A stretch of 61,420 nt of DNA, the filler included. It is 4 parts of 4 records of this genome, joined end to end, with 100 filler letters (N's around TTAATTAATTAA, not from the genome) between each part and the next. Parts side by side here need not be neighbours in the genome. Positions count along the whole stretch, not along the records: positions 1 to 23,093 come from DRR378314_2076; positions 23,194 to 28,774 come from DRR378314_2080; positions 28,875 to 39,838 come from DRR378314_2083; 1 more part is not named here. One strand, given 5' to 3'. A program made the translations under genes and the position numbers. Shown here piece after piece: positions 17,452-30,720 of this stretch. Position 1 is the first letter of the stretch. Every line of letters begins with the position of its first letter. The notes under the pieces are model-generated. The model saw nothing but the letters and a program-made list of their open reading frames with translations. It was not told the origin of the DNA and did no database searches.

Positions 17452-20381
17452 ATGGATGCGCTCCGTTCGTTGGTGACGAGCGCGCGCGAATACCTGCCGG
17501 TTTCGCAGGTACGGGAGTACCACTGGGAGCTCACCGGGCTGCAGCGCATCGTCGAGGCGGTATCGCGACACGGGCGCATGCGTGCTCAGCGTGCGCTCCT
17601 CGTGCACCCTCGCCTTTCCGCATTGTGCCGTGTGTCGGGTTCTTTTGCAGACCTCAAATGCTGCCGAAGATGTAGAATTGGCCAATCTTCCCCCAGCAGA
17701 GCGCCGCAAGGCACTGGCGCGCAGGTTCGTTCCCTTGAAGTGCTACGCATCGCGCGCTTGTTTCGGCTGCTCTGGCCGCACGCGGCGCGGCGCGGCGCGT
17801 GCGGCCTCGCACGCCGGACCAGCTGGATGCAAGACGGGAACAAAGACAAACGTAGCGTTTGTGCTCAGAATGTAGGCGCACATTCCCTGTTGCACCTGCA
17901 AATATGAAATGTGGTAATTCGTCGGGCAAGAAAAAACTTGCGACCTTGCCGAGCCATGCCGTGCTGCCGCACTGCTCCGAGGGTGCAGCGACCTCCTTGC
18001 GCAGCTGTGCCTGCGCAGAAGCACGTTGTCGCCAACGTCGCTGCAAGTGCGCTTTTCTCACCGTACGCTCGCCGCCTCCGCCCTACCGCGTTGTACTTCC
18101 GCTCTGCATTCTTTTCTTCCAGAAAAATTGCGCAACGTCGCTCAGCCGCAAGGGAAAGTGAATCGAGCGCATCCCCGACGGTGCTGACCGTTGCAAGGCG
18201 GACGTTTCTGGCGCTTCCGCTCTGGCAACGGGTTACCGCGGTGGCGCTCGTAGTTCTGCTGGTCGTCCTCTTGTACTGGGCTGCTGCCTGTCCAGTGCAT
18301 TCCGGTCTCTACAACGACACAATCGAGCTCGCCGCTCGTGTAATGGATATTCTGGATGAAAATGATATTCGGTACTATGCAGATGCGGGCACGCTCCTCG
18401 GCGTCCTGCGCAACGGAAAGCATATACCTTACGACAGGTACAGAGTTCGCACGTGCCGCCGTTTCCCTCATCCTCGCTCTCGTTCTCGTTCGGGCTGGAA
18501 CCGACTGTGTAGTATTCATGTGGCAGTCTGCTTTTGATATCCTGCGTTGCAGCATATGCTCGGGGCGTGTAATGCAACTGAAATAAGAATGGGATGACAG
18601 TTACGGGAGAATGGACGTAGTGGATTGGTGACAGAAATGACATTTCGAAATTGTGTCCACTGTTACACAGCTGTGCCTACAACACTCCCTGTGTGAAGCT
18701 GTGTTCCAAGCGATCTCACAACGGTTGGTTTAGCTGCCAAGAGCAACCTCCGCTCTTTTGTCACAGTCTCTGCCTTACCGATACTGCGAAAGAAAGTTTT
18801 CTTTCTGCAAATTCAATGTTCAAGGGGTTTATTCCGTTGTGATCCGGAAAGATGTGCTTCGGGTGGAGTCCCCGTGCGTTTGTGCGAGAAGAGAATGCGT
18901 AGTGCAGAAGACGTAGCCGTCGCGGCGCGTGCGCAGCGACGGCGATTTTCCTCCGAGCGCGGCGTTGGCAGCTTGCAGGCGCCATGATATGTACCTTGGC
19001 TCGCCAGATCTTCCCTGGCGAGCCCAGTTTCGCACGTATGGCGATGTCTCTGTGCCAAAAAGCGTTTCGCGCTTCCTCCGCTTGGAACCTTTCCGGCTTG
19101 CTTCGCAGTGACGTCGATTTGATTGTGGACATAGATGCCAAGGATTTTGATGTGCAGCGCTTCAAGGAAATGTTTTCATTTGCGGATACGGTATGTCCGG
19201 TGTGCCATCGGGAAGCGGGTGCAGCGATACCGACGCATTCAGCGCTGCATAAGCCAATGCAGACGCTTCTCTACTTGCTTCTACTATGCTGAAAATCATC
19301 CCGTATCGCCGAAGCCTGTCGAAGCATGTTCGACGTCGCATCGTGGCGAGCAGATTCCAAATCGGAAGGTTGCTGTTCTTTTTTCTTTTTCTTTTTTTCT
19401 GGTGCCGCTGCGACTGTCGCTGAAGAGAATTCCTCTTGCCACGTACCCCTGTACTGCGTGCACATGTGCAGACCAAGTATTGGCCGACTCGACAGCTCTT
19501 CCAAATCTATCACGGCCAGGCTCACACAGACTTGTTCTACTGGAAAGCCGTCAATGCGTACGTTGTCGAACATCATGTGTGCGCGGGAGGGGGAAGCTGG
19601 ATCGGTGTATGGTTTCCAACGATTTTTCGAGCACAGCCGCGGAAAGCGAGTGTTCGTCTGATGCGGCAAGTGGACATAGCACGAACGGTTCTCTGCCATC
19701 AGTAGCAGGACGAAACCGGCGTACCTTCCCTTCTATACGGCTCGCGATTCACGTAACGTGATTACATACACTACCAAAACCGCTGACGTCTGCGCGGCAT
19801 TGTGCCGCGTGGCGGCTCTTGCGGTGCTATGGCTATGATGCAGTACGCACATGTACGGGCATGCGCAGAACTTTGTGATGACGCACCGCCTTGTGGCAGA
19901 CGTGTACCCGCTCAAGGAGGGTTACTCCTGGGAGGGCCGTCCCATGCTTGTCCCTCAAAACGCTCTCAAGGTGCGCTAACGTGTCGTGTGATTGATCGCA
20001 TTTCTTTGTCTCTTCCAGCAGCGAATAGCAAGCTGACGCATGCTGCTCCGATTCCAAAGAATTAGGACGCGTTCCTTCTGTTACAGCGGCAGCCCCCATC
20101 TTCTTGCACCGCAGCCTTCCTGGCGCGACTTTTCCCTCTTTTACAATCATTCACCCTATTCTTTGTATCATTTGTACTTTTTTCACCTTGTTTTTGACTA
20201 TGGGTTTGCTGTACTTGCGTCTCACCGGGCCGTTTGCATTTGCCTTTGCCGCTCGCAGTTGATCTCGCTTCCCCCCGAGGATGGGTACGGGAGAGACTGG
20301 ATTACGCCAAGGAAAACTTGGTACGTCTGCGGGCAGCATGGCATCAGGTATCTGGGATATAGTCCGCAAATGCAAGACTAG
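17452..20381 (+). CDS. LicD/fukutin-related nucleotidyltransferase-fold type II membrane protein
   Basis: Exons: 17452-17508, 17651-17724, 18123-18437, 19109-19190, 19472-19557, 19709-19752, 19900-19970, 20259-(20381). One TM segment (VTAVALVVLLVVLLYW), then the LicD signature YYADAGTLLGVLRNGKHIPYDSDVDL, HTDLF, VYPLKEGYSWEGRPMLVPQN and YGRDWITP. The 3' end is uncertain. Confidence 0.8.
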
Positions 20382-23093
20382 GACTTCTGGACAAACGGGG
20401 AGCGGCCGGCATGGTTCTCGAGCGCCTGAAGCGGCACGGTAATGCTGAGCGATTTTCCATAGCTGCGTCAGGGTTCGTGCCGCGCCCATGCCAGAGAGAG
20501 CATCTTTGGCTACCGATGATTGCGAAACTTTCCCCCTAGTCTTTTTTTCACAGGGAAATACGTTTTGCAATGCTCAAGGAATCTGGTTTTAATGATATAT
20601 TGCGGACATGACCGCGTTGATAATACATACTCTGCTGGATTTGAGCAGCGCGGCATTGGTGCGCTTTGTAGAGGGTCGCGAACGAACGCGAACGCGCGTC
20701 GTTTCCCATCCCGCGCACCGAGCCGTTCAAAGCAGTGATTCGTTCGCGTTGTTCAACTGATGAAGCATCTCGCCGCAGAGAACGAAGCGAGGTGGTGCCA
20801 ATTGCACAACTGTATGTGGTAATACGCTACGGCACATCGCAGTACGACCTCCGCTCTATGGCGCGTGCGCCCCCACACGCGTGCTCCAACTGCGTGAAAG
20901 GGCGCAGTAGCACCTCCGCGTGCAGGACAGTAGGGGAGCGAGATCAGGGAAGGACAAGCGACGCTGCAGTATATGAGTTTGAAAATTCTACCACAAACAG
21001 ACGGGAAGAGTCAAAGACGATCTTATTCGACAGGTTAGAACTAGGGTTATTCAATATACACCCTACTAGCACGTGATTGTTACATTATTCAAGTGATAGG
21101 GGCTCTGTGAACAATCGGGCACGAGCGCGCCAGCAGCAGCATTGTGCGCGGTCCGCCTTTGCCGCTGCTGCGCTCGCCTGTTTCTTGTCACTGCAAGCTG
21201 GCTGTCGACGCGTTCAGCGTAGGGGCGAGGCAGCTCAGCGTGAATAGTCCAGCTACGCGACCAAGACGCACACGCTCACGAGAGTGCGATTCGGGCGGCC
21301 CGGTGGATGGGCGTTCCGACCGTTGCGCACAGCAACGTCATGGTGGCAGCAAAGAACAGCGCCTCTTCCAAAAATAACACTCCGGTGAAAAAAGAGACCA
21401 TGTGCGTTAACGGCGATGGAGAGAAAAGCACAGAACGCTACCGCCTGGCGCGGCCGGCGGCTCCTGCCTGAACACGTCGCCCTGCGTACTGTACTGGGAA
21501 CGGCGTTCTTCTCTTTGCTCGATGCGAAGTTCGGTGGCGCCTGCTGTTTCCTTGCGCGTCTCGTTGTCCGTTTTCCGATGCTATTCTGTCTTCTTTGAGG
21601 GATATTTGTGACTGATAATTTCCATATAGCAAAAGATATCATACCTGTCGAATTTGACGCCCGTGGAGGCTGCTACGAGGGAGGCTGCCGCGCCTGGCGT
21701 TGGGCTACGTGCGCTCTGCTTCAAAGTTGGGCGCACCTGAACATTTGCGGTCGTGCGCGACCAGGAAAAACTGTGCGCACGGCCGAGCAGTCTGCCGACG
21801 TGGGCGAGCCCCGCTCTGTGCAGCTTACGGGCGCTCGCACGTCGTTCGTCAAAGGGCTCCTCGTTCCTCCCCGTTTTGCACCACCCGCCGCCTCGAGCCG
21901 CAGCACAATGTGTATGGAGAAGCTATCTATGTCATTGATAGGCCATAATAATGTTGTGTCATAGATACGCCCCGTACGTGGCGGGCGTAGGCGAGGAGCT
22001 TCGTCTTGCGGCAACGCCACCGGATAGAACTTGGGGCAGCGGGTTTCCGCCGCGCGGCCGCTTTCCCCCAGATCAATTTCTGTGCTTTGCTCCGGGCTAC
22101 TTGAACCAGCCCTCGTACTCCGACCAGCTCGCCCAGAGCGCAAGCCCGTCCCCAGTGGCCTCACTGCTCGCATTACACGCGTAATATTGCTGGTCAAGAA
22201 TAGAATCGGTTCGCCAATAGCAAGATATGGGGGCGAAGTGTGTGTGCAGTGTTTTTCAAGGCGCACGCGCCGGAGCACGAACGAGGCAGCGCCGCGCAGC
22301 CGCCACCCACGCGGTGCCTATGCTCCGCCTGGACGGCTCCTGATGCTTTTTGACACCCCTGCCACGGAGGGCCGCCGTAGCCCGGCCTTTTGTAGCGACG
22401 AGCGCCTGCCCGAATTCCCTTTGGGGCCTGAAAACCGCTTCCGCCATATCATTTTCATCGAGACTTAATGTTGATTTGATAGACAAGAATTTCGCGGAGA
22501 AATAGCTGCTTTGTGCGCGCGGGAGCCGCGCTTGTACGGCGCTTCGCGTACGTGTGGCAAAGGGGACGCTTGTGCGCTATGCAGCGGCGCTGCGAACGGT
22601 ACTTCTGTGTCAGTGTGCGCTCCCCGTGTGCTTCCGGCGCGCGTTTTGCACCAACGGACTCGGCCGTAATGCACACGGCGTTGCTCCTTAGAAGCATGTT
22701 ATGTGGTTTCCGTACGTGTATGCGATGAAGCTTTCCCACGGCTCGACGGAGCGCTACCGTCGTCGCGCTGTTCTTGCTGCCTCTGCCTGCCACACTGCTG
22801 AGACCGCTGTGTTTTGTGCACTGCTCGCGCTGCGTCGCTGTGCTGGGCCTGCTGGGCCACTACGGCAGCGGCGACGCCTTGCAAACGTGGCGCGCGCTTC
22901 TTCGCTTCACGCGTTAGGCGTTTGCTGACACCCACCCACGTGCATAGCACAGGAAAATTGATGGTTTTCTTTCTCGAATAGCATCGAATATGTGGCTGCT
23001 TAACATGAGCGGTACTGCATGTACTCCGCTCTCCCATTCACACGGGTAGATATTGCTGGCCGCTGGCTGCAGGGTGCCTGTGGTGGGGCTCTC

Positions 23094-23193
23094 NNNNNNN
23101 NNNNNNNNNNNNNNNNNNNNNNNNNNNNNNNNNNNNNTTAATTAATTAANNNNNNNNNNNNNNNNNNNNNNNNNNNNNNNNNNNNNNNNNNNN
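23094..23193. other. Artificial contig spacer (44 N + TTAATTAATTAA + 44 N)
   Basis: Six-frame stop linker flanked by N runs; identical to the other two spacers. Confidence 0.99.
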
Positions 23194-23197
23194 CCAG

Positions 23198-25605
23198 ATG
23201 CTCTTGCTGCTGTGAAGGCCGACTGCAAGCCGGGTGCTCGCGTGGTCGACCTCTGCAACAAGGGTGACAAGATCATCGTGGATCGCACTGCAAAAGTGTA
23301 CAACAAGGGCAAGATCGAGAAAGGAATTGCATTCCCCACATGCGTCTCTGTGAACAATGTTGCCGGACACTTCTCGCCCCTGAGCGACGACGCGACCGAA
23401 CTGAAGGCCGGCGACCTCGTCAAGATGTATGTTGCGGAGCCGTAGCACTGATTTTTTTTGTATCCAGTATCCTGCCAACGATGCAGCGCACGACACTGAT
23501 TGTTGCGGTCTGCTGGAAACATTGGCAGAGGCTGGCGATACCGCTCACGCGTAGTGGTGCGGTGGCGTGCACGAAAGAGCGATTGCCTCGCCACCCTATT
23601 CCGCATCAGATAGCTGCTCGACTTGGCTTTGGTGCGCTATAAAGTGGTCGAGGGCAAGCGTCTACCAAATGTAGTACGCAAGAACACAAGCGCGCGTTGT
23701 CGTCGCGTTTTCCCACCGAGCACCAGATGAAAGTAGGTATGCTCGCTGCAGCTGGTGCGTTGTGTGCGCGCTGATTGCGTTCGCGTGTACTTTGTTCTCT
23801 CGTGCTGTTCTGTGCTGTATAATCAGCGACCTCGGAGCTCACATCGATGGCTATCCCGCGCAGGCGGCCGAGACGTTTGTCGTGCGTGAGGACTCGAGCG
23901 CGCCGGTCACTGGACGCGCTGCCGATCTCATCATGGCAGCTCACACTGCCGGCGAAGCCGTGCATCGCATGCTCCGCCCAGGAACGAAGGTACGATGCAT
24001 TGCCTTTTTGCAAAAGGTCTACGAGACCCCGCGCAAGTGCACACTGCGCGAGAGTGTACCAGCTCGAACGCGATTGCTACAACGATCCGATGTAAATCGT
24101 GCCTGATCGTCGTGGCCAGGGCCCAGTTTGTGTCGTTTCGTTCTCCCCTAAACATGGACTCGCCCGCTCTGTTTCTCCCTGGTGCCTTTGGCGGCGTTGC
24201 AGAACGAGGACATCACGGATATGATTGCTCGCGTATGCAGCGCGTACGGCGTCAACCCGGTTGAAGGCGTTCTTTCTCACAGCATCAAGCGGTACGCGAA
24301 CGGTGGTTTGTGTGCCACCGTGCAGTGTCCGCCCCGCGTTTCCCGTTGGAAGTCGGGCTTTCATTTGCACAGCTTCTGTTGATCAGATAGCGCACGGTGT
24401 ATGCCGGCGGCGTGGCGAGATATGCGCGTGGGGCAGTGCGACGTCCGCGCAGATGTTGCCATCACTGACTTGGTCGTGGTTGCCTCTGTGCGTGTTCTGA
24501 ATTGGGCTGTTTCGCGTCCACAGGTACATCATTGCAGGCAATGAAGTGATTATGAACAAAAGCACCGTTGAGCAGCGCGCTGACGAGCACGCGCTCGAGG
24601 AGCATGAGGTGTACACCATCGATATCGTCATTTCGACGGGAGAGGGCAAGGTGCGTGCATATGACGTGCTCTTCGTTGTCAGCGCCAGTTTTTCTCCGCA
24701 GTTGCGCTGCGTTGGTCGCTGCCAGAGCACGTGTGCAGAGGCAGCGCGTGCTTGCACGCGGGAGACGAGGACGCGCGCAGGATCCACCTACCTGGTACTC
24801 TTTCTTGTGATCCTTTCCGCCGTACCTGTTGTTTCCATTACAAACCTTGGCATGGTATTGGTATTTCCGACTGTACATGGAATGCCATTGGGGCAAGAAA
24901 ATGGCGTTCACAAGATATTAGCGGCAATCACGCCGCGCCGCCTTCCTTTAAATTGTTGACCGTGCGTGGCGCCGGGTGTTGTTGGTGGTCCGCTATTTTG
25001 TCTGTGCAGGTCATCCAAAAGGAGGAGCGCACCACCGTGTACAAGCGCATGGCCGAGGTCCAGTACGCCCTCAAGATGAAGGCTGCGCGCGCGGCGCTGA
25101 GCGAGATCACGACGAAGTTCCAGTCGTTCCCGTTCACCGTTCGCGCCCTGGAAGACGAGAAGAAGGCCCGCCTTGGCGTGACCGAATGCGAGAAGCACGA
25201 TCTGCTCGTGCCGTACCCGGTTCTCTTTGAAAAGGACGGCGAGCTCGTTGCGCAGGTGAAGTTCACCGCGCTCATCTTGCCGACGAGCACGATTCGCATG
25301 TCAAACTTCTCCCCTGAAAATGTGCAATCGGATAAGAAAGTCGAGGACGAAGAGGTTCTGAAAGTTTTGTCGACGTCCACGAAGAAGAAGAAGAAGAAGA
25401 ACGTGCGTTTCCCCGCTCCCAAAAGCCCGTGGTTTGCCATCTCTCTGCACTGCCTCCTGTCGCCGCGAACGTGTGCTTCGAGTGCTGTGTGCGCCGCGTA
25501 CGTTATCGCTGAGGCGGCTCCTTACGCTGTACATAATCTCCCTATTTCGTATTGGCGGTGCAGAAGAAGAGCAAGGGCGATGCGAGCGGAGCGGCAGCGC
25601 AGTAG
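23198..25605 (+). CDS. PA2G4: Proliferation-associated 2G4 / EBP1 (non-catalytic M24 fold), 5' truncated
   Basis: Exons: 23198-23426, 23827-23989, 24203-24291, 24524-24650, 25010-25402, 25564-25605. Motifs: KGIAFPTCVSVNN, GHFSPL, GDLVKIDLGAHIDG, PVTGRAAD, EGVLSH, EVYTIDIVISTGEGK, RTTVYKR, YALKMKAAR, PYPVLFEKDGELVAQVKFT, and a lysine-rich C-terminus. Confidence 0.93.
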
Positions 25606-25879
25606 ATGGGCTAGTTGCGTGCTGGGAGTGGCACATGCTGCGTCTCGTATGTACTTCGCATCTGCGCACCAGCGCCCTCCCCCGTTCTGAATACAAGATG
25701 GTTGCGGCTACTGATGCCGGCACCTGTCGTCCATGCATTCACGAACACGCGTCATTTATGAAGACTAACAGAAGTATCCTCGTATCAAACACCCATGCAT
25801 AGCATTAGAATCCGGCACGTCGGCCGCAGAGCGCCAAAGCGCAACCAGGCCACGTCCAGAGCGCGATTCGACGCGCAGG

Positions 25880-28732
25880 TTAGTCCGACTTGATGGCCCG
25901 GTATATGTACCGGACGAACGTGAGGGATGAGTAGAATCCAACAGTGCCAAGCATGATAAAAAGCCCGTAGCACATGACCAACATGTAGCCAAAAAACCAC
26001 GATGTCTGCATCAGGCCACTCATCCCCGTTCTTCAAGGGAGCAGCATGGCGAGAGAAAAAAAAAAAAGAAAAAAAGAGCGGATGAGAAAAAAGGGAAGAG
26101 GTGAGGTGCAGATCGGTTGGTATCATACTGGACATAAAGTACCGTTTCCCATGGTAAGGCCCACGAAACAAAGGGAAATGCCAAACCAAAAGCTATTGAC
26201 AAAGGTTCCCGAGTTGCAAAACGGCGAAATAGCTCTCGTGCCGCACACGCAGCGAGGAACGGCAAGAATTAGGTGCGAACACGTGTCTCGCCCCGCCGGA
26301 CGCCCCTCGATACCCGAGAGTCGGACCGCAGCGACACAACGCTAACTGAGGACCCTCGAGCCTTAACGTCATCGATATGATGAATGCGCCAGTAAGCATG
26401 GTTGATGAAAAGAAAAGCAGACGGTGCTTCTGGCTTGCAGTGCGGACGCCATTCGCTCCGGCTGCAACCGTCGTGCACGAAGCTACGGCATAGACGACCC
26501 AATCGATACTAAAGAAGGCGCTTCGCTTTCTTCGACGCAACCTCAAGCGCGCACGCGCAAAGACAGCGTCGTGCATACGCGGATGACAGAGCATGTGTGC
26601 AGCAGCGTACCGGAAAGTGAAGTAGTAGAAGCAGTACGCGTAGACGAAAAGTGCAACGGAGCCACCGAAGCAGAACGAGCGCCACCACCACTGATGATCT
26701 TCCGCATTGAGTTGGAAGTACGTGAGCGCAACTGTGACAAATGCGGTCACAAGAAGAAGGAGCAGGAATACTAGGAGAAGGACACCGTAAAGTTGGTAGA
26801 TCTTGTGGCCCCACACCGAAGAAAACACGTAGTAAAGCTCGATGTAAATTGCGCTGCATGTACACGGAGCAGCGAGCACAACGCAGAAGCGCAACCGGTG
26901 CCGCGGATCACCATGAGTAAACAATGCAGCGCGTGCCATCGTGGTTCCACATTCGTGGAGCAGACACGAGTGGCAAGCGTTGGGAGGAATTCCTGAAAAA
27001 TCCCTTCAATAGCTACGCACTCACGGGGAGGGGGAAGCCGCTTCGTTTCGCGATCCATTGGTGTAACGTGTGTTGTCGTATTTTTTTTTTCTCTCTCTCC
27101 CCTTTCCGTCCGCGCGCGGCCAACAGACTCCCGACTGGGTTTCCATACGCACCTAAAGGGCAAAACGCCCGCAAGGAGCGTTTGCGTGGCAGGACGGCGA
27201 TACCAATCGACTTCGGGAATCTCGCGCGGAATGCGGCGCGTAACCCGGCACGGGGCGTAAAACTCGCCGGCACGATTCTTGCCCACCACTCCGCCCGCAA
27301 TCGTCAGCGGAAAAGACACTGCACGAAACGCAGACGAAGCGCGCAAGCAAGCAGCAAACAATAGAGAGAGCCCCGACCGCGCATTGCTCAGCTGGCACCG
27401 TCGTATCGGAGCATGTGTCCGCCCGTATTCCACGCGCTCGGCCTCTGCGGATTATTGGCGGCAGGATAGCGAGGTCACAGTGCTTTGCAGCGGACGAGCA
27501 GCAGCAGGAGGAGCCCAACTCGCGCGCGCTCCGTACCGAGGAGTAAAATGGCGAGGATCGCAACGACCGTGCCAAAAGGAAGCGCCGAAGTCGACTCGTA
27601 GTACCACGCTATGCTATTATTCACCGCAAATGCCAAGATGATGGGTCCGAGGAACAAGAGCGTCGTTAGAAGAAGGTTGGGAATCCACGTCGTTCCCCCG
27701 AATTGCCGATACAGCTTCGCGGACACGTATCCCGACACACCTGCGCGGCGAGCACAACGACAGAGACAAGGATACACCGCGGACAGAGAGACGGCGCTCA
27801 GAATCTCGGACTGCACGCCAGACCACAGCGCAGGTTCCGCGGCGCAGAGTACTAACGACGAGAGAGCGCACAGTCGAGAGCGCGCAGCGGACTCCGCGTG
27901 TGTTGCACTTGCACGATGAAATGGGCAGATCATCGCGCGTCACTGCGTGGGGCAAAGCGCGATCCCTCATTCTCGTCCACGCCTTGTTCTGAAAAATGCT
28001 GCGTTCGCGTACGATCCTCTTTTATACTGTCTACGGGCTTCACGGGTTTTTGGGAGCGAGCACTGAGCGGCGATGAAATCCTGCGTGGCAGCGATCGGCC
28101 GCGGGAGGTACGCACATGATGTGAGTGCAAACAGCACTACGGCAGCGGTGTAGATCGCTCCACGATTGTACGGATAGTAGACACCGAGCGTTGCCATACT
28201 CACGATTCCCGCAACGAGAATGAGCAGCTGCGCTCCGTTTCCGAGAAACGCGGCCATTAAACCGGGCATGGGCGGGAAACGAAACACGTCGCCCGTAAGC
28301 GTCTTCCACCCTTCGTCCTGGGAATCTGCAGCATGAGCAACAAGTCGCCGCGCGCGGAAACGCGGCGGAAGACCCACGGCGATCGGCAGCAGCAGCGATC
28401 AGGACAGCAGCAGAGCCATACGGCATGCCAGAAGGGCGTTTACGCTCTCTAACGAAATTTATTCCCGCGCTAGGCAGCAATAGGACCAAGCGTGAAATGG
28501 GGACAAGTGCGAAGCGCGCACAACGTACCTTCGAAGTCATCTCCATCTTCCAGCGCGCGCGTGTACTTGTAAAAGTCTTTCCGCAGCACACGCATCAACA
28601 CCGTGGCGAGGAAGGCGACGAGCAAGATCACTGTGACAAAAGAGTTCAAGATCGAGAACCAGCGAATCTCCCAGTTCTTCGGGAGGAACGACGTCTGCGC
28701 CAGTCGCTCCATGCGGCGATCCCAAGGCAGAT
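25880..28732 (-). CDS. TM9SF1: Transmembrane 9 superfamily (nonaspanin), TM9SF1-like, 5' truncated
   Basis: Exons: 28732-28529, 28325-28116, 27740-27537, 27318-27153, 26853-26611, 26030-25880. Motifs: EIRWFSILNS, GWKTLTGDVFRFPP, SGYVSAKLY, STSALPFGT, IPREIP, AGVLPFSAIYIELYY, EDHQWWWRSF, MSGLMQTSWFFGY, and a C-terminal KxD (IKSD*) Golgi-retention motif. Confidence 0.92.
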
Positions 28733-28774
28733 CTACGCGATACAATTCAAAGAAACCCAGCACAGAGAAAGCGC

Positions 28775-28874
28775 NNNNNNNNNNNNNNNNNNNNNNNNNN
28801 NNNNNNNNNNNNNNNNNNTTAATTAATTAANNNNNNNNNNNNNNNNNNNNNNNNNNNNNNNNNNNNNNNNNNNN
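28775..28874. other. Artificial contig spacer
   Basis: 44 N + TTAATTAATTAA + 44 N. Confidence 0.99.
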
Positions 28875-29769
28875 GGGTTTATTTTTTCTTCTCGCGCATA
28901 CCAAAGCGTGCGCAACTGATTCGTGCTGTCGCTCGCTTCTCGCTCGCATTTCTCTTCGCTGCGTACTTTGCGCAGCATTTATATCGTGCTCTCATGGGAC
29001 CCTTCTACTTTGTGATCGAGATCATTCCATCCGCGTGCATTTTGTTCATGATGAGGTCAAACAGGCAAACGGTACGTGCGCACTGGCAGCGAATGCGTTT
29101 GTGACAGTCGGTTGTTGGTTTGCGCTCACGGAGCGAGTTGGCACGCGACGCGCGGCCGATTGTCGTGCGTGCCAAGGGGCTTTCCTTGGCCTTTCTTCCC
29201 GTAATTTTGACGCGGATTCTCCCCTGTGCGCTGCAACCGCAGCAAAGCAACAACTCGCCGCTGATCGAGAGCGGTACAGCTTCGTCGATCGGATATTCGG
29301 ACTACGAGTACGAGGGAACGATGCAATGATAGCGGCCTGTATTCGCTTGTGCTTTTTTATCGCGAAATCAGCGTCACGTAGTGCTCGCATTATGAAACGA
29401 TCTGGCGACGTGCGCATTGAGCGTTGCGCTTGTATCGGCAGAAATTCACAGGCACTGGTCCCCAGTCTGCGATCTGCGTCGGCGTGCGCAGGCGCCATAG
29501 AATAGCAACTCGAAAGGGGAAAATGAATGCCATATTCACACACGCACACGTACTTCGAATGCTTAAGGATGCGAAGGGGAGTGTCGTGTACGTAGCACGA
29601 TATGCACCGCACCTACAGGCGCGCTCGATTCTTCCCCAGCGCTCTGTCACTACGAAAAGCCACGCTGTTGCCCCTGCTGGGAAACAAAGACGGGACGAAC
29701 AGGCACACCGCAGGTGCTGTCCATGGAACGCTTGCTGCGTGCACACGATATCGATGACGCTCTTCTGTT

Positions 29770-30327
29770 TCACCGCCCGAAGAGGCGGAAAATGCCGTCC
29801 AGTGAGGCGAGGAGCGGTACAATCACAAGCATAATCACAAGGAGCCAGCGGAAGCATTGTCCACGCGATGACGCTTCCTCATCTGCGAGACAACCGACGC
29901 GGAGAGCACGTACGTTGTTCAAGTAAGCACACGGTACGTCCACAATCTCCCACACCAGTGGAGCATAACTAATGTACAAATGAAAGAGGAAAGAGAGGTA
30001 ACTCTACGCTGTGCGTAGCCCAGAGAACGAAGCTCTACGCGAGGTCCGAGCTCTGTCCACAAACACACTATGCATCAATGACGCAAGGAAGAAACCAGTG
30101 CGAAGATGACAAAAGACAGTCGTGAAATGGAGGGGAGAAGAGAAGGACAAAATGCCAAGTTCGTCTGTAGCTCTGGCGAAGCGCGGAACGAGCGAGAGGG
30201 AGCGCACAGCTCGGGTCGAAATCGGCGAACATCACGTGAAAAATCTGCCTTGCACGAACATACCTTCCCGCGCTCGCTGCTTGCGTCGCCGCTTAACCTC
30301 GGCGATCCTGCTTGCAACCTCCTCCAT
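29770..30327 (-). CDS. Hypothetical small membrane protein (or the N-terminal part of a longer gene)
   Basis: Exon 30327-30264 (ATG...G|GTATG) and exon 29882-29770 (CAG|AT...) join in phase 1 to give MEEVASRIAEVKRRRKQRAREDEEASSRGQCFRWLLVIMLVIVPLLASLDGIFRLFGR*: a basic helix followed by one hydrophobic segment. No family recognised. Confidence 0.35.
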
Positions 30328-30720
30328 CGTCTGTCCCGTGCACACGCGCAAGCACAAGACGAATCCCCCGAAAGCAAGCACGCCGGAGGCTGTGTAAGAC
30401 GCAAAGATGCACTGTTTCATTTTTTGGCATGTGGAGTCGAGATCGTCGTCCACATCGACTACGTGATCGTGCACTACCAAAACCCCTCGCACGCGCCTCA
30501 TATACACAACAATACAGGGCAGTTAGCATCAGTCATGTGTTGTATATTCATCTCAATGTCTCTCTATTTCTGCCACAGCGCGACAGAGTTGCGCGGCGAT
30601 AATACATGGATACGAGCAGGCAGCAATATCGCAGCGGTGGACGGCGGAGCAACGCGTCACAGGACCATGTCATGAGAGCTCCGCACGCTGCTTCTCCATC
30701 CTTGCGTTACAATGAGATAA

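Noticed and set aside
20400-23093. Possible minus-strand multi-exon gene (donor-like sites near 21644 and 21840; ORFs 21721-22278 and 22699-23037)
   Set aside because: May be coding, but I could not assemble a supported model or assign any family.
25381-25400. (AAG)n run as a microsatellite
   Set aside because: It is the coding poly-lysine tract of PA2G4.
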